In this document: piece by piece, positions 40,226-48,931 of the stretch
How the letters are laid out: the number at the start of each line of letters is the position of its first letter
How positions within the stretch are numbered: position 1 is the first letter of the stretch
DNA from: an uncultured Gammaproteobacteria bacterium
GTDB lineage: Bacteria; Patescibacteriota; Patescibacteriia; Patescibacteriales; GWC2-42-12
NCBI GenBank assembly: GCA_964467155.1
Contig: CAYXNZ010000002.1
Span: 14,339-78,338, forward strand
DNA: 64,000 bases
Direction of reading: 5' to 3'
Made by a program: the position numbers and the translations under genes
The notes under the pieces: model-generated
The model's database searches: none
What the model saw: only the letters and a program-made list of their open reading frames with translations
What the model was told of the DNA's origin: nothing

Positions 40226-41094
40226 TTTTTTATAGAGATTATTGCTAATCTATTATGACCGCTTAGGTCTTTTTTTATTTTAATTATAGATTTTAATAAA
40301 AATTGTTTTGTAAGTTTTTTAAAGATGGAAGTTTGACTGGGGTCTATTTCGCAAAGAATGGTAATTGGTAATTTATAATTATCAAATTGTTTTATTTGTT
40401 TAAAAAGTTTTTTATAATATCTTAATCCGTTATTTCCTGCCAGGAGAGCCAATTTTGGTTCGGTCTGAATTGTGGGCGATTTTTTTATTTGCTTGGTGGT
40501 AAGATAAGGTAGATTCGCCGTAATTATTAAATTTTGTTTTTTTTTAAATTTTTTTTGAATGGGTTCAAGTAAATCACCTTGCTGAAAAATTATTTTCTTA
40601 TCTAATTTATAATTTTTGGCATTTTGTCCGGCAATTTTTAAAGCCGACTTTGAAATATCAGAAGCAAAAAATTTACAATCTTTATTCCTGAATAATTTAG
40701 CTAGGGTGATTATAATACAACCAGAGCCTGTGCCAATATCTATAAATGTTGTTGGTTGCTGATATTCTTTAGTTAAATGTAAAACTTCTTCAATTATTAA
40801 TTCTGTTTCTGGACGGGGAACAAGGACGTTTTTATCAACCTTAAATTTTAAACCGTAAAATTCTTTATAGCCGATTAAATAAGCTATTGGTTCTCCTTTT
40901 ATTCTACGAGAAATTAAGGAATTAAAATTATTATTCTGTTTTCTAGATATTTTTTTATCAGGATAAGTTAAAATATACTCGCGTGTCTTTTTTAAAACAT
41001 GAGCTAATAAAATTTCTGCTTCAAAATGCGGATTTTTTATTTTTGCTTTTTTAAGTTTTTTAATCGAGTCAATTAGTGATAAAGAGGTAATCAT
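40222..41094 (-). CDS. prmC: Release factor glutamine N5-methyltransferase PrmC (HemK)
   Basis: SAM-binding IDIGTGSGCI and NLPYL (NPPY-type) catalytic motif. Immediately downstream of prfA. Confidence 0.85.
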   Translation of the reverse strand: MITSLSLIDSIKKLKKAKIKNPHFEAEILLAHVLKKTREYILTYPDKKISRKQNNNFNSLISRRIKGEPIAYLIGYKEFYGLKFKVDKNVLVPRPETELIIEEVLHLTKEYQQPTTFIDIGTGSGCIIITLAKLFRNKDCKFFASDISKSALKIAGQNAKNYKLDKKIIFQQGDLLEPIQKKFKKKQNLIITANLPYLTTKQIKKSPTIQTEPKLALLAGNNGLRYYKKLFKQIKQFDNYKLPITILCEIDPSQTSIFKKLTKQFLLKSIIKIKKDLSGHNRLAIISIKN

Positions 41095-41109
41095 AAATAT
41101 GGACCAGTT

Positions 41110-42165
41110 TTATTTGTTGGCTTTTTTTAATTCAGCAATAATTTCATCTATTTCACCGTTCAGGATGCGGTCGATTGAATGCCATGATTTTTTTATTCGA
41201 TGGTCAGTTATTCTATCTTGAGGAAAATTATAAGTTCTGATTTTTCCACTGCGATCACCAGTACCTATCATTTGTTTTCGTTTAGCATCTTCTTTTGACT
41301 TTTGTTCGTTCTCAATTTTTTGCACTAAACGAGAACGCAATATTTGCATAGCTTTGTCTTTGTTTTGATGTTGATCTTTTTGATCTTGGCATTGAACAAC
41401 TAAACCAGAGGGAATATGTGTGATTCGGACAGCTGAATTAGTAGTGTTAACGCATTGTCCGCCTGGGCCAGAAGCAGCATAAGTATCAATTTTTAAATCT
41501 TCGTTTTTTATTTCAATATCAACATCTTCAGCTTCTGGCAGAACAGCGACAGTAGCAGCTGAAGTGTGAATTCGGCCTTGTTTTTCAGTTTCAGGCACAC
41601 GTTGGACACGATGAATACCGGCTTCATATTTTAAGTCACTATAAACATTTTTACCATTTACTTCGAAGATAACTTCTTTAAAACCACCAATGCCAATACG
41701 ATTTGAATTTAAAATATTTATTTTCCATTTTTTAGTTTCAGCATACTTAGAATAAATGCGAAATAAATCAGCTGCGAATAAAGCTGATTCATCCCCACCG
41801 GTGCCAGCTCGAATTTCTATAATAGCGTTTTTTTTGTCATTTGGATCAGCTGGATGTAATTCTTGTTTAATCTTGGCTTTCAATTCATCAATTCTGGGCT
41901 TTAATTGTTCTATTTCTTCTTCGGCCATGCTTTTTAATTCTTCGTCTGTTTCATTTTTTATAATATCTTCATTTTGTTTAATTTGTTTGGTAATTTTTTC
42001 CAACTCAAAAATCAGACTGATTACTTCTTTTAAGTCAGCATGTTCACGAGAAACAATTTTTAACTTTTGAATATCTTGAATAACTTTAGGGTCAGATAAT
42101 TGTTTTTCTAATTCATTAAATTTTTTCTTTATATCTTCGTACATAATTTTTACTGTCATTTCCAT
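41110..42165 (-). CDS. prfA: Peptide chain release factor 1
   Basis: GGQ motif ([11 protein letters not shown]) and RF1 features (RAGTGGDES). 351 aa. Confidence 0.95.
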   Translation of the reverse strand: MEMTVKIMYEDIKKKFNELEKQLSDPKVIQDIQKLKIVSREHADLKEVISLIFELEKITKQIKQNEDIIKNETDEELKSMAEEEIEQLKPRIDELKAKIKQELHPADPNDKKNAIIEIRAGTGGDESALFAADLFRIYSKYAETKKWKINILNSNRIGIGGFKEVIFEVNGKNVYSDLKYEAGIHRVQRVPETEKQGRIHTSAATVAVLPEAEDVDIEIKNEDLKIDTYAASGPGGQCVNTTNSAVRITHIPSGLVVQCQDQKDQHQNKDKAMQILRSRLVQKIENEQKSKEDAKRKQMIGTGDRSGKIRTYNFPQDRITDHRIKKSWHSIDRILNGEIDEIIAELKKANK

Positions 42166-42288
42166 ATAGGCGGGAATGACAAAGAAATGATAAAAATGAT
42201 TTAAATCAAAATAATAAAAAACGGTTATTCCTTTGATTATGTCATAGTAATATTATAACACAACAAAAAGAATAACCGTTTTAAGTAG

Positions 42289-42603
42289 TTATTTTTTGTC
42301 AGTAGTTTTTTTAGTAGTTTTACTGGTCTTAACTTTTGCTCTGGCAGCACGTTTAACTTTTTTACCTTTTCTACCTTCGGCAATTTTGGCTTTAGCGTCA
42401 ACTTTTGCTTTAAATTTCTCGACTCGTCTAGCAGAGTCAACTAATTTCTGTTTACCAGTATAAAAAGGATGGCAAGCAGAACAAATTTCTACTTTTATTT
42501 CTGGTAAAGTAGAGCCAGTAGTGAATTTATTGCCACAAACGCAAGTTACTTTAGCGTCAGTATAATACTCTGGATGAATCTCTTTTTTCATATTATTTAA
42601 CAA
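42289..42603 (-). CDS. rpmE: 50S ribosomal protein L31 (zinc-binding type) with Lys-rich C-terminal extension
   Basis: [20 protein letters not shown]...[11 protein letters not shown]31 signature. The real start is possibly the internal Met (MKKEIHP, 42591). Confidence 0.85.
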   Translation of the reverse strand: MLNNMKKEIHPEYYTDAKVTCVCGNKFTTGSTLPEIKVEICSACHPFYTGKQKLVDSARRVEKFKAKVDAKAKIAEGRKGKKVKRAARAKVKTSKTTKKTTDKK

Positions 42604-42688
42604 GTTTTAAACAAATTAAAAAGCCAAGTTTTGGCTTTATTAGCAAGTATAGTTGATATTAACACAAGAGAATGATTTTGGCAAGTTG

Positions 42689-42720
42689 TAGATAAAAAGA
42701 ATGGCTCTGTCCGCTGGTTG
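42689..42720 (-). terminator. Hairpin (ggctctgt...acagagcc) immediately downstream of the retron-type RT on the minus strand
   Basis: 8-bp stem. On the minus strand it is followed by attcttttta. Confidence 0.5.
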
Positions 42721-42731
42721 CGAACAGAGCC

Positions 42732-43529
42732 TTAAGTTATCACTCGTTTGTAGAGTGTGACTATTTTCCGTTCAGTTTTGTTTAAGCTATCCATATTAGT
42801 AACTGAGCAAAAATAGCCATATAGTCCGTGAATTTTCTTCTTTAGTTCTGGGTCTTTTGTTTTTTTGTATTTCCACAGAAGACCGCGAAGTTTGTCGGTT
42901 TTACGGCGAGGACAAAATGTCCGACCGAGGGCTATACCTACTCCATTGATTACTACTGGACCTTTTTTAAAATCAACCACTTTAGAATCATGGTGATTCG
43001 GCTTAAGATTAACTGATTGGATTATTTTTCGTACCTTTCCTCTTATTCCTCTAGTGATAGGCGTATTAGAGGAAAAAAATAAATCGTCAGCGTATCGAGA
43101 GTATATGAGTCCGTATCGTTGACAAAGTTTTTTTGCTTCCAAGTCAATCGTATATCCGAGATAGATATTTAGTAGATCAGGGATAGACGGAAAACCCACC
43201 TTAAATTCGCCAGTTTTTCTGAAGCAGTTTTTTGCTAAAAAAATTTTTATTTCTGACTTTGTTCTGCCAACAAAAAAGGCTTTGAGGGTATAAAGGACTT
43301 CCGTCATTTGCTTTAAACTGATATTTGTGGAAGCACCTTTTATGTCCACCCAATAAATATACTGATTTTAATTGTGAATTCTGATGTTTGCGGTTGGCGA
43401 ACATCCCTTTTTGTATCCCGTTGCGTAAGGCAATCCATTTAAGTATACATTTGCTAATTGCCTCAAGAAGGCAATTAGAACTTTATGGATTAGACGGTCG
43501 TTTTCACTAAGGATTATAGATTTTTGCAT
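42732..43529 (-). pseudogene. Retron-type reverse transcriptase interrupted by an in-frame TAA (plus 43368-43370)
   Basis: AAAGGAGG SD plus ATG 43529. The N-part ...LPYATGYKKGCSPTANIRIHN* carries the retron A.Gf.kgRS...NA..H motif. After the stop, in the same frame: VDIKGASTNIS (DLxDFFxSI-like), GFPSIPDLLNIYL, and GLIYSRYADDLFFS (compare Ec86 GLIYTRYADDL). Confidence 0.65.
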
Positions 43530-43568
43530 TTTTCAAAGTTCGTTACCTCCTTTATTCTATTTTTGTAG

Positions 43569-43672
43569 TGGCAGATCGGACAAAACACAAGAGGGGATTA
43601 ATAGCCCGTGGCGTTAACCCTACGCTTCGCTTGAGCGGAGCGTAATTCAATTATCTTTGTCCGAATCTGCCA
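43569..43672 (-). ncRNA. Candidate retron msr/msd non-coding RNA (a1/a2 inverted repeats flanking ~71 nt), upstream of the RT
   Basis: tggcagatcggacaaa (43569-43584) versus tttgtccgaatctgcca (43656-43672): 16/17-nt inverted repeat. Internal hairpin cgcttcgc-ttga-gcggagcg. Located ~35 nt upstream of the RT SD on the same strand. Confidence 0.4.
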
Positions 43673-43862
43673 TCATATTAAGTTAATACAATATTTTACA
43701 TTTGGCAAGTATTGACAAAAAAAGAATATTATTATAATTTATATGAGTAGCCAAAGGGCTATTTTAATTTAAACAATTTAATAAATCTCTCATACTCTCT
43801 TTATTTTCCTTGTCCTAAATGTTTAGGATGAACTAGAGAGTAGAGGTAAAAAGGAAAAAAAT

Positions 43863-44552
43863 ATGGAAATACCAAGTATTGAGCAGATGCTTAAAGCAGG
43901 TATGCATTTTGGGCATCGTACAAGTAAGTGGCATCCAGGTATGGAGCCTTTTATTTTTACTTCAAGAAAAGGCGTTCACATTATTGACTTAACTAAGACG
44001 CAGAAAAAACTTGAAGAAGCATTAAACTATTTAAAAAAAATAGCTTCTGAGAACAAGCAGATTTTATTGGTCGGTACTAAGGTGCAGGTTAAAAAACCAT
44101 TAAAAAACGTAGCTGAAGAAGTTGGCATGCCTTACGTAGCTGAACGTTGGTTAGGTGGATTTTTAACTAATTTTGATGTAATCCGTGGATTAATCAGAAA
44201 ATATAAAGATTTGACTGAAAAGAAACAGGCTGGAAAATTAGAAAAATATACGAAGAAAGAGCAATTAAATTTTGATCGAGAAATCGCTAAACTAGAAACA
44301 AGCGTCGGCGGGTTAAAAAATTTAACCAAAGTGCCTGACGTTATTTTTATTTGGGATATTAAAAAAGAAAAGACTGCTTTAACCGAAGCAAAAAAGAAAA
44401 ATATTCCAGTTGTTGCTATTTGCGACACGAATGTTAATCCTAAAAATGTAAATTATATTATACCAGCTAATGATGACGCAACCAAAACTATTAAAATGGT
44501 TTTGAATTTAGTCAAAGAGGCAATTACTGAGGGTAAAAAAGAAGTAAAATAA
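43863..44552 (+). CDS. rpsB: 30S ribosomal protein S2
   Basis: MLKAGMHFGHRTSKWHPGMEPFIF... canonical S2. 229 aa. Confidence 0.95.
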   Translation: MEIPSIEQMLKAGMHFGHRTSKWHPGMEPFIFTSRKGVHIIDLTKTQKKLEEALNYLKKIASENKQILLVGTKVQVKKPLKNVAEEVGMPYVAERWLGGFLTNFDVIRGLIRKYKDLTEKKQAGKLEKYTKKEQLNFDREIAKLETSVGGLKNLTKVPDVIFIWDIKKEKTALTEAKKKNIPVVAICDTNVNPKNVNYIIPANDDATKTIKMVLNLVKEAITEGKKEVK

Positions 44553-44609
44553 TAAGGAGTTGGTGGGAATTTTAATAATTTCACGGTTTTCTCCCTAATC
44601 AATAAAAAT

Positions 44610-45407
44610 ATGGAACTTATCAAGAAATTACGCGATGCCACTGGTGCTGGCATTGTTGATTGTAAAAAAGCATTAGAAGAAGCAGGCGATGACATTGACA
44701 AAGCAATTGAAATTCTTAGAAAAAAAGGTATTGCCAAAGCTGCCAAGAGAGGTGGACGAGAAACTAGCCAAGGTATTATCAAATTAGCTGTTAGTGGTGA
44801 CGCCAAAGAAGGTTATTTGTTAGAAGTTAATGCTGAGACTGATTTTGTGGTACGTAATGAAAAATTTCAAGATTTTGCAGATGAAGTATTAAATTTAGTG
44901 AAGACCTTAAAATCCAAAGACAGGGAAGAATTAATGAAATTAGATTTAAATGGCGTGAGCGTGGAAGAAAGTTTGAAAAGTTTAAGTGGAGTTATTGGTG
45001 AAAAATTAGATATTAAAAGATGTGACGTTTTGTCTTCCGATGGTACAGTGGCGGTTTATTCTCATATGGGTGGAAAAATCGGTGTTTCAGTTTCTTTGGA
45101 CAAAGAAGGACAATCAGATTTGGCCTATGATATAGCTATGCAAATAGCGGCTACTGATCCAAAATACATTACACCTGACGAAGTACCAGCTGAAGAAATA
45201 GAAAAAGAAAAAGATATTTACCGTGAACAATTAAAAAAAGAAGGTAAACCAGAAGAAATGATTGAAAAAATATTAAACGGTAAAATCAATAAATATTTTG
45301 AAGACGTTTGTTTAGTTAAACAAGAATACATCAAAGATGATAAGAAGAAAGTTGAAGCAGTACTCGGTGATGTAAAAGTCGAAAAATTTATTAGATATAG
45401 TCTATAA
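44610..45407 (+). CDS. tsf: Elongation factor Ts
   Basis: LIKKLRDATGAGIVDCKKALEEAGDDIDKAIEILRKKG UBA-like N-terminus of EF-Ts. Follows rpsB. Confidence 0.95.
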   Translation: MELIKKLRDATGAGIVDCKKALEEAGDDIDKAIEILRKKGIAKAAKRGGRETSQGIIKLAVSGDAKEGYLLEVNAETDFVVRNEKFQDFADEVLNLVKTLKSKDREELMKLDLNGVSVEESLKSLSGVIGEKLDIKRCDVLSSDGTVAVYSHMGGKIGVSVSLDKEGQSDLAYDIAMQIAATDPKYITPDEVPAEEIEKEKDIYREQLKKEGKPEEMIEKILNGKINKYFEDVCLVKQEYIKDDKKKVEAVLGDVKVEKFIRYSL

Positions 45408-45433
45408 TTTAAACCCAATAAGTTTTTATATTT

Positions 45434-46234
45434 ATGAAAGTGGTGCACATACAATTTAATCCGTGGGATAGAATTTATGATTTCGACTTAGGTGACTTTA
45501 GTCTATTAGTAGGAGATTCAGTGATAGTTAAAACTGAAATGGGGACAGAAATTGGCAAGGTAATTAGTTTCAAAAATTTATCTGAGGAAGAAATAGAAAC
45601 AAGACCAGAAATAAAGCCAGTTCTTCGTAAAGCCACTTCAATTGACATTGAAAAAATACCTGATGAAAAGCAGAAAAAAAGAGATTTGGAGTTTTGTAAA
45701 AAATCAGCTGTTAAACATGAATTACCGATGAAGCTAGTTGACATACATTATTCTTTTGACGGGGCACGAATAACTTTTGCTTTTATTGCTGACGGCCGAA
45801 TTGATTTTCGTGAATTAGTTAAAGACTTAACTAGGCATTTCAATAAGACAATTCGTTTACAACAAATAGGTATTCGCGATGAAGCAAAGCTCATGGGAGA
45901 TTTTGGTCATTGCGGACGACCATTATGTTGCGGCCAGTTTTTGGGAGATTTGGAATCAATTACATCAGAAATGGCTGAAGCACAACAATGTGTTCATCGA
46001 GGTAGCGAAAGAATTTCTGGTATTTGTGGTCGTTTAATGTGTTGTTTGGCCTTTGAAAATAAAGGCTATGAAGAAATGAGTAAGAAATTACCAGCTGTTG
46101 GAGAAAAGATTAATTACCAAGGTAAAAAATGTGCTGTACTTGCACAACATATTTTGAAACAAACAGTCAGTGTAGAATCAACAGGAGACAATGGTGATAG
46201 GGTAGTAATTGAAGTTGATATGAAGGATAAGTAA
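45434..46234 (+). CDS. PSP1 C-terminal domain protein (RicT/YaaT-like)
   Basis: N-terminal YDFDLGDFSLLVGDSVIVKTEMGTEIGKV and Cys-rich C-terminal HCGRPLCCGQF...GICGRLMCCLAFE as in the PSP1/RicT family. Confidence 0.6.
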   Translation: MKVVHIQFNPWDRIYDFDLGDFSLLVGDSVIVKTEMGTEIGKVISFKNLSEEEIETRPEIKPVLRKATSIDIEKIPDEKQKKRDLEFCKKSAVKHELPMKLVDIHYSFDGARITFAFIADGRIDFRELVKDLTRHFNKTIRLQQIGIRDEAKLMGDFGHCGRPLCCGQFLGDLESITSEMAEAQQCVHRGSERISGICGRLMCCLAFENKGYEEMSKKLPAVGEKINYQGKKCAVLAQHILKQTVSVESTGDNGDRVVIEVDMKDK

Positions 46235-46257
46235 TTTTTTTATATTTTAGATATTTA

Positions 46258-46292
46258 AGACCGCTTTTTCGAAAGAAACAGCGGTCTTTTTG
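46258..46292 (+). terminator. Rho-independent terminator after the PSP1-domain gene
   Basis: agaccgc-tttttcgaaagaaaca-gcggtct followed by TTTTT. Confidence 0.7.
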
Positions 46293-46369
46293 TATAAAAA
46301 TTTATTGATCTAAATGTGTTTTATGTTTAATAGTATAATTTTGGTTTATATTATAACATTTTTTGTTAA

Positions 46370-46560
46370 TGCGTTGCCACGCAGGCCTACTTTTTGTAAC
46401 TCCGCCAGTATGGGCGGACAGGCGCCAAGTAACCAAACCTGCCTGCCGGTAGGCAGGAAGTTTTGGGGTGCTTTATTCCCCGCCAGTCGGCGGGGTAAAC
46501 GCTACTAAGCTCAGGCCTGTCCCGCAGTATTGCGGGAACGCACCCCAAACCCCAACTTAC
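46370..46560. other. GC-rich multi-hairpin element in an AT-rich intergenic region; unclassified ncRNA or repeat cluster
   Basis: Nested palindromes: ccgccagtatgggcgg; cctgcc-tgccggta-ggcagg; ccccgccagtcggcgggg; cccgcagtattgcggg. The last two are enclosed by a long-range pair ttggggtgc...gcaccccaa. Shares the CGCCAG core with repeats at 29377, 59891 and 61005. Confidence 0.4.
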
Positions 46561-46709
46561 CATAAAAATTATAGGTAGTTCTAAAATTATTTTACCTAAT
46601 TTAGGTGTCCTTTTGTATTAAATTAAGCTTGGGAGTAGAATGTAGCATGTTACTATTGACAAAATATTGAAAGAATTAGCGGTTTTTTGGTGCGAAAGAC
46701 CGCTTTTGC

Positions 46710-46738
46710 TTGACAAAATATTAAAAGTATGCTATAGT
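46710..46738 (+). promoter_or_regulatory. Consensus promoter TTGACA-17-TATAGT upstream of the secreted-protein gene at 46798
   Basis: ttgaca aaatattaaaagtatgc tatagt. A second TTGACAAAATATTGAAAG copy lies at 46656 without a good -10. Confidence 0.6.
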
Positions 46739-46797
46739 TTTATATTGATCTTTTAATAATAAAAATAGATAGATAAAAACTTTAAGGAGGTTTTACC

Positions 46798-47082
46798 ATG
46801 AAGAAAGTTTTATTTTTAGCAGTTATTGTTTTGACATTAGTGGTCGTCAACCCGGTTTTTGCAAACGAGGGCGTTGACTTTGAGGACTTGCCGGAGAATA
46901 TCACTGTTTCAGCAGTATATTTTCTGGATGGAGACATTGTTTTTGTGCAGAAAGACGTTGGTACCGTCCAGTCGTGTTCTGCACCAACAAAATACAGAAT
47001 GACGGAATGCGGTAATACTATGATATTATCGCAATTACCCCAAAATGGTGGCAAAGTAGTCAGAATACATTTCAAAAGATAA
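46798..47082 (+). CDS. Small secreted protein (94 aa) with signal peptide
   Basis: TAAGGAGG SD. N-terminal MKKVLFLAVIVLTLVVVNPVFA signal peptide (AxA-like cleavage site). Confidence 0.6.
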   Translation: MKKVLFLAVIVLTLVVVNPVFANEGVDFEDLPENITVSAVYFLDGDIVFVQKDVGTVQSCSAPTKYRMTECGNTMILSQLPQNGGKVVRIHFKR

Positions 47083-47103
47083 ATAGAAATGATCTTGGCT
47101 AAG

Positions 47104-47141
47104 GCGGGATTCGACTCTACATCGAATACCCGCTTTTTTAT
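47104..47141 (+). terminator. Rho-independent terminator after the 46798 gene
   Basis: gcgggat tcga ctctaca tcga atacccgc followed by TTTTTTATTTT. Confidence 0.65.
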
Positions 47142-47198
47142 TTTCTAAAAAAATTGTGCTATAATTATGTTATAAATTTAATAATTAATAATATAAAT

Positions 47199-48212
47199 AT
47201 GAATATTGTTATCAATGGGTTCGGAAGAATCGGCCGAGCGGCTTTTAAAGTATTACTTGAGAAAAAAGGTGATTTTAAAATTGTCGCCATTAACGATTTA
47301 ACCGACACAAAAACTTTAGCGCATCTTTTTCGTTTTGATACTTGCTATGGAGAATATGAAAAAGCAGTTGACTATACTACTGATAGTTTAATTATTGGTA
47401 ATAAGAAATTCAAAATTTTAGCTGAGAAAGACCCAAGTCAATTACCGTGGCGTGAAATGGATGTTGATATAGTTTTGGAATGCACTGGCCGATTCAGAAC
47501 AAAAGAAGAAGCTAATTTGCATATCAAAGCAGGAGCGAAAAAAGTTATTATTAGTGCGCCAGACAAAGGAGAAAAAGAAATAAAAAATATAGTCTTGAGT
47601 GTTAATGAAGATAAAATTAAAAAGACTGACAAAATTTTATCAATGGCATCGTGTACGACAAATTGTCTTGCGCCAGTAACAGATATTATCAGGCAGAATT
47701 TTGGTATCAAGAAAGCAATCATGACGACTATTCATTCATATACATCTGATCAGAATATTGTCGATGGTCCACATAAAGATTTACGCCGGGCACGAGCAGC
47801 AGGAGTTAACATTGTGCCAACAACCACTGGGGCAGCAATTGCTACAACAAAAACAATTCCACAACTAAAGGGGAAATTTGATGGTATGGCAGTGAGAGTA
47901 CCAACTGTTGTCGGGTCATTATGTGATATAGTTTTTATCACCAATAAAAAAGTTGATGAAAAAATGGTGAATCAAGCGTTCAAAAAAGCTGTTCGTGGAG
48001 CTCGTTATAAGGGGGTAGTAGATGCAACAGACGAACCTCTAGTTTCTTCAGACTATATTGGTCATCCAGCTAGCGCTATTGTTGATTTGTCTCTAACAAA
48101 AGTAGTTGACGGTGATTTGGTTAAGGTAATTGCTTGGTATGACAACGAATGGGGCTATTCAAATCGTTTAGCAGATTTGTGTGAACATTTGGGCAACAAA
48201 AAATTAATCTAA
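47199..48212 (+). CDS. gap: Glyceraldehyde-3-phosphate dehydrogenase
   Basis: INGFGRIGR NAD-binding motif and active-site ASCTTNCLAP. Start at ATG 47199, because the track start at 47154 overlaps the TGcTATAAT -10 box. Confidence 0.9.
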   Translation: MNIVINGFGRIGRAAFKVLLEKKGDFKIVAINDLTDTKTLAHLFRFDTCYGEYEKAVDYTTDSLIIGNKKFKILAEKDPSQLPWREMDVDIVLECTGRFRTKEEANLHIKAGAKKVIISAPDKGEKEIKNIVLSVNEDKIKKTDKILSMASCTTNCLAPVTDIIRQNFGIKKAIMTTIHSYTSDQNIVDGPHKDLRRARAAGVNIVPTTTGAAIATTKTIPQLKGKFDGMAVRVPTVVGSLCDIVFITNKKVDEKMVNQAFKKAVRGARYKGVVDATDEPLVSSDYIGHPASAIVDLSLTKVVDGDLVKVIAWYDNEWGYSNRLADLCEHLGNKKLI

Positions 48213-48246
48213 TTTTTCTATATACAAAATGCTCAAGGAGGAGTGA

Positions 48247-48278
48247 AAACAATCCTAAAATATTCGGGATTGTTTTTG
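48247..48278 (+). terminator. Rho-independent terminator after gap
   Basis: aaacaatcc-taaaatattcg-ggattgttt followed by TTTGTC. Confidence 0.65.
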
Positions 48279-48345
48279 TCTAGCCCCCTCTCTAGCCCTC
48301 CAATCCGGCGGGCAGGCCTCCTCTGTTCTCCCGAGCACTCGGGAT

Positions 48346-48460
48346 CACGGGAGAGGGAATTTACCCCCTCCCTAGCCCTCCCCCGTTCGTTCCTCACGGG
48401 AGAGGGAATTAACCCCCTCCCTAGCCCTCCCCCGTTCGTTCCTCACGGGAGAGGGAATTA
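48346..48460. repeat. 49-bp direct tandem repeat, 2.3 copies
   Basis: cacgggagagggaatt[t/a]accccctccctagccctcccccgttcgttcct repeated at 48346-48394 and 48395-48443, plus a 17-nt partial copy. Units abut with no unique spacers. Confidence 0.9.
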
Positions 48461-48479
48461 ATATAAAGAAGATAATTAA

Positions 48480-48824
48480 ATGAGTAAAAAGGTAAAAATA
48501 CAGTTGGCTCGTGAATTTAGGAAAAGTCCCACAAAATCAGAAAAAATTATGTGGGATGAATTAAGAAGAAATAATTTTTTAAAGTTAAATTTTAGAAGAC
48601 AGCATTTGATTGAAGGTTTTGTAGTTGATTTTTATTGCCACAAATTAAAATTAATTATAGAGATAGACGGTAATATACATGAATATCAACAAGACGAAGA
48701 CGAAGAAAGACAAAAAATAATAGAGCAAAAAGGAAATGTATTTTATAGGATAAAGAGTCAAGACGTAGAAAACAATATAGAAAATATTTTAAGCAAATTG
48801 ATTGATTTTATTAATTTTATATAA
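48480..48824 (+). CDS. DUF559 domain protein (very-short-patch-repair endonuclease-like fold)
   Basis: REFRKSPTKSEKIMWDELRRNNF...FRRQHLIEGFVVDFYCHKLKLIIEIDGNIH matches the DUF559 pattern (REFRKNPT..E..LW..LR....FRRQ..I..YIVDFYC....L.IE.DG..H). Confidence 0.7.
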   Translation: MSKKVKIQLAREFRKSPTKSEKIMWDELRRNNFLKLNFRRQHLIEGFVVDFYCHKLKLIIEIDGNIHEYQQDEDEERQKIIEQKGNVFYRIKSQDVENNIENILSKLIDFINFI

Positions 48825-48931
48825 CTCCCTCTCCTGCCCGCCGAATCGGCGAGGCGGGGGAGGGTTGGGGAGGGGGTAAATTATGAAAAATTTGCTATAA
48901 TAAAAGTAAATAATTTTTTAAAATAAAAACC

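Larger units (their letters stand above)
48281..48880. mobile_element. Putative small selfish element: DUF559 (Vsr-like endonuclease) gene flanked by ~40-bp GC-rich imperfect inverted repeats
   Basis: Left arm ...ccccctctctagccctcc..ccggcgggcagg (48284-48320). The reverse complement of the right arm (48826-48878) reads ccccctcccc..ccctcc...tcggcgggcagg. The interior holds 49-bp tandem repeats and the DUF559 ORF. Confidence 0.45.

Noticed and set aside
46370-46560. tmRNA / SRP RNA / RNase P RNA / 6S RNA assignment for the GC-rich element
   Set aside because: There is no tRNA-like 3' end and no tag reading frame. There is no GGAAG…AGCAG helix-8 pattern and no P4 consensus. It is too short for RNase P, and it is not a single long bulged hairpin as 6S would be. 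Left unclassified.
47154-47198. Track start of gap at 47154
   Set aside because: It would translate the TGcTATAAT -10 box and an AT-rich leader. The conserved GAPDH N-terminus (MNIVINGFGRIGR) begins at 47199.
48346-48460. Possible CRISPR array (direct repeats of ~49 bp)
   Set aside because: Repeat units abut each other with no unique spacers. The unit is longer than CRISPR repeats and shares sequence with the flanking inverted repeats. This fits a tandem repeat of a MITE-like element, not CRISPR.
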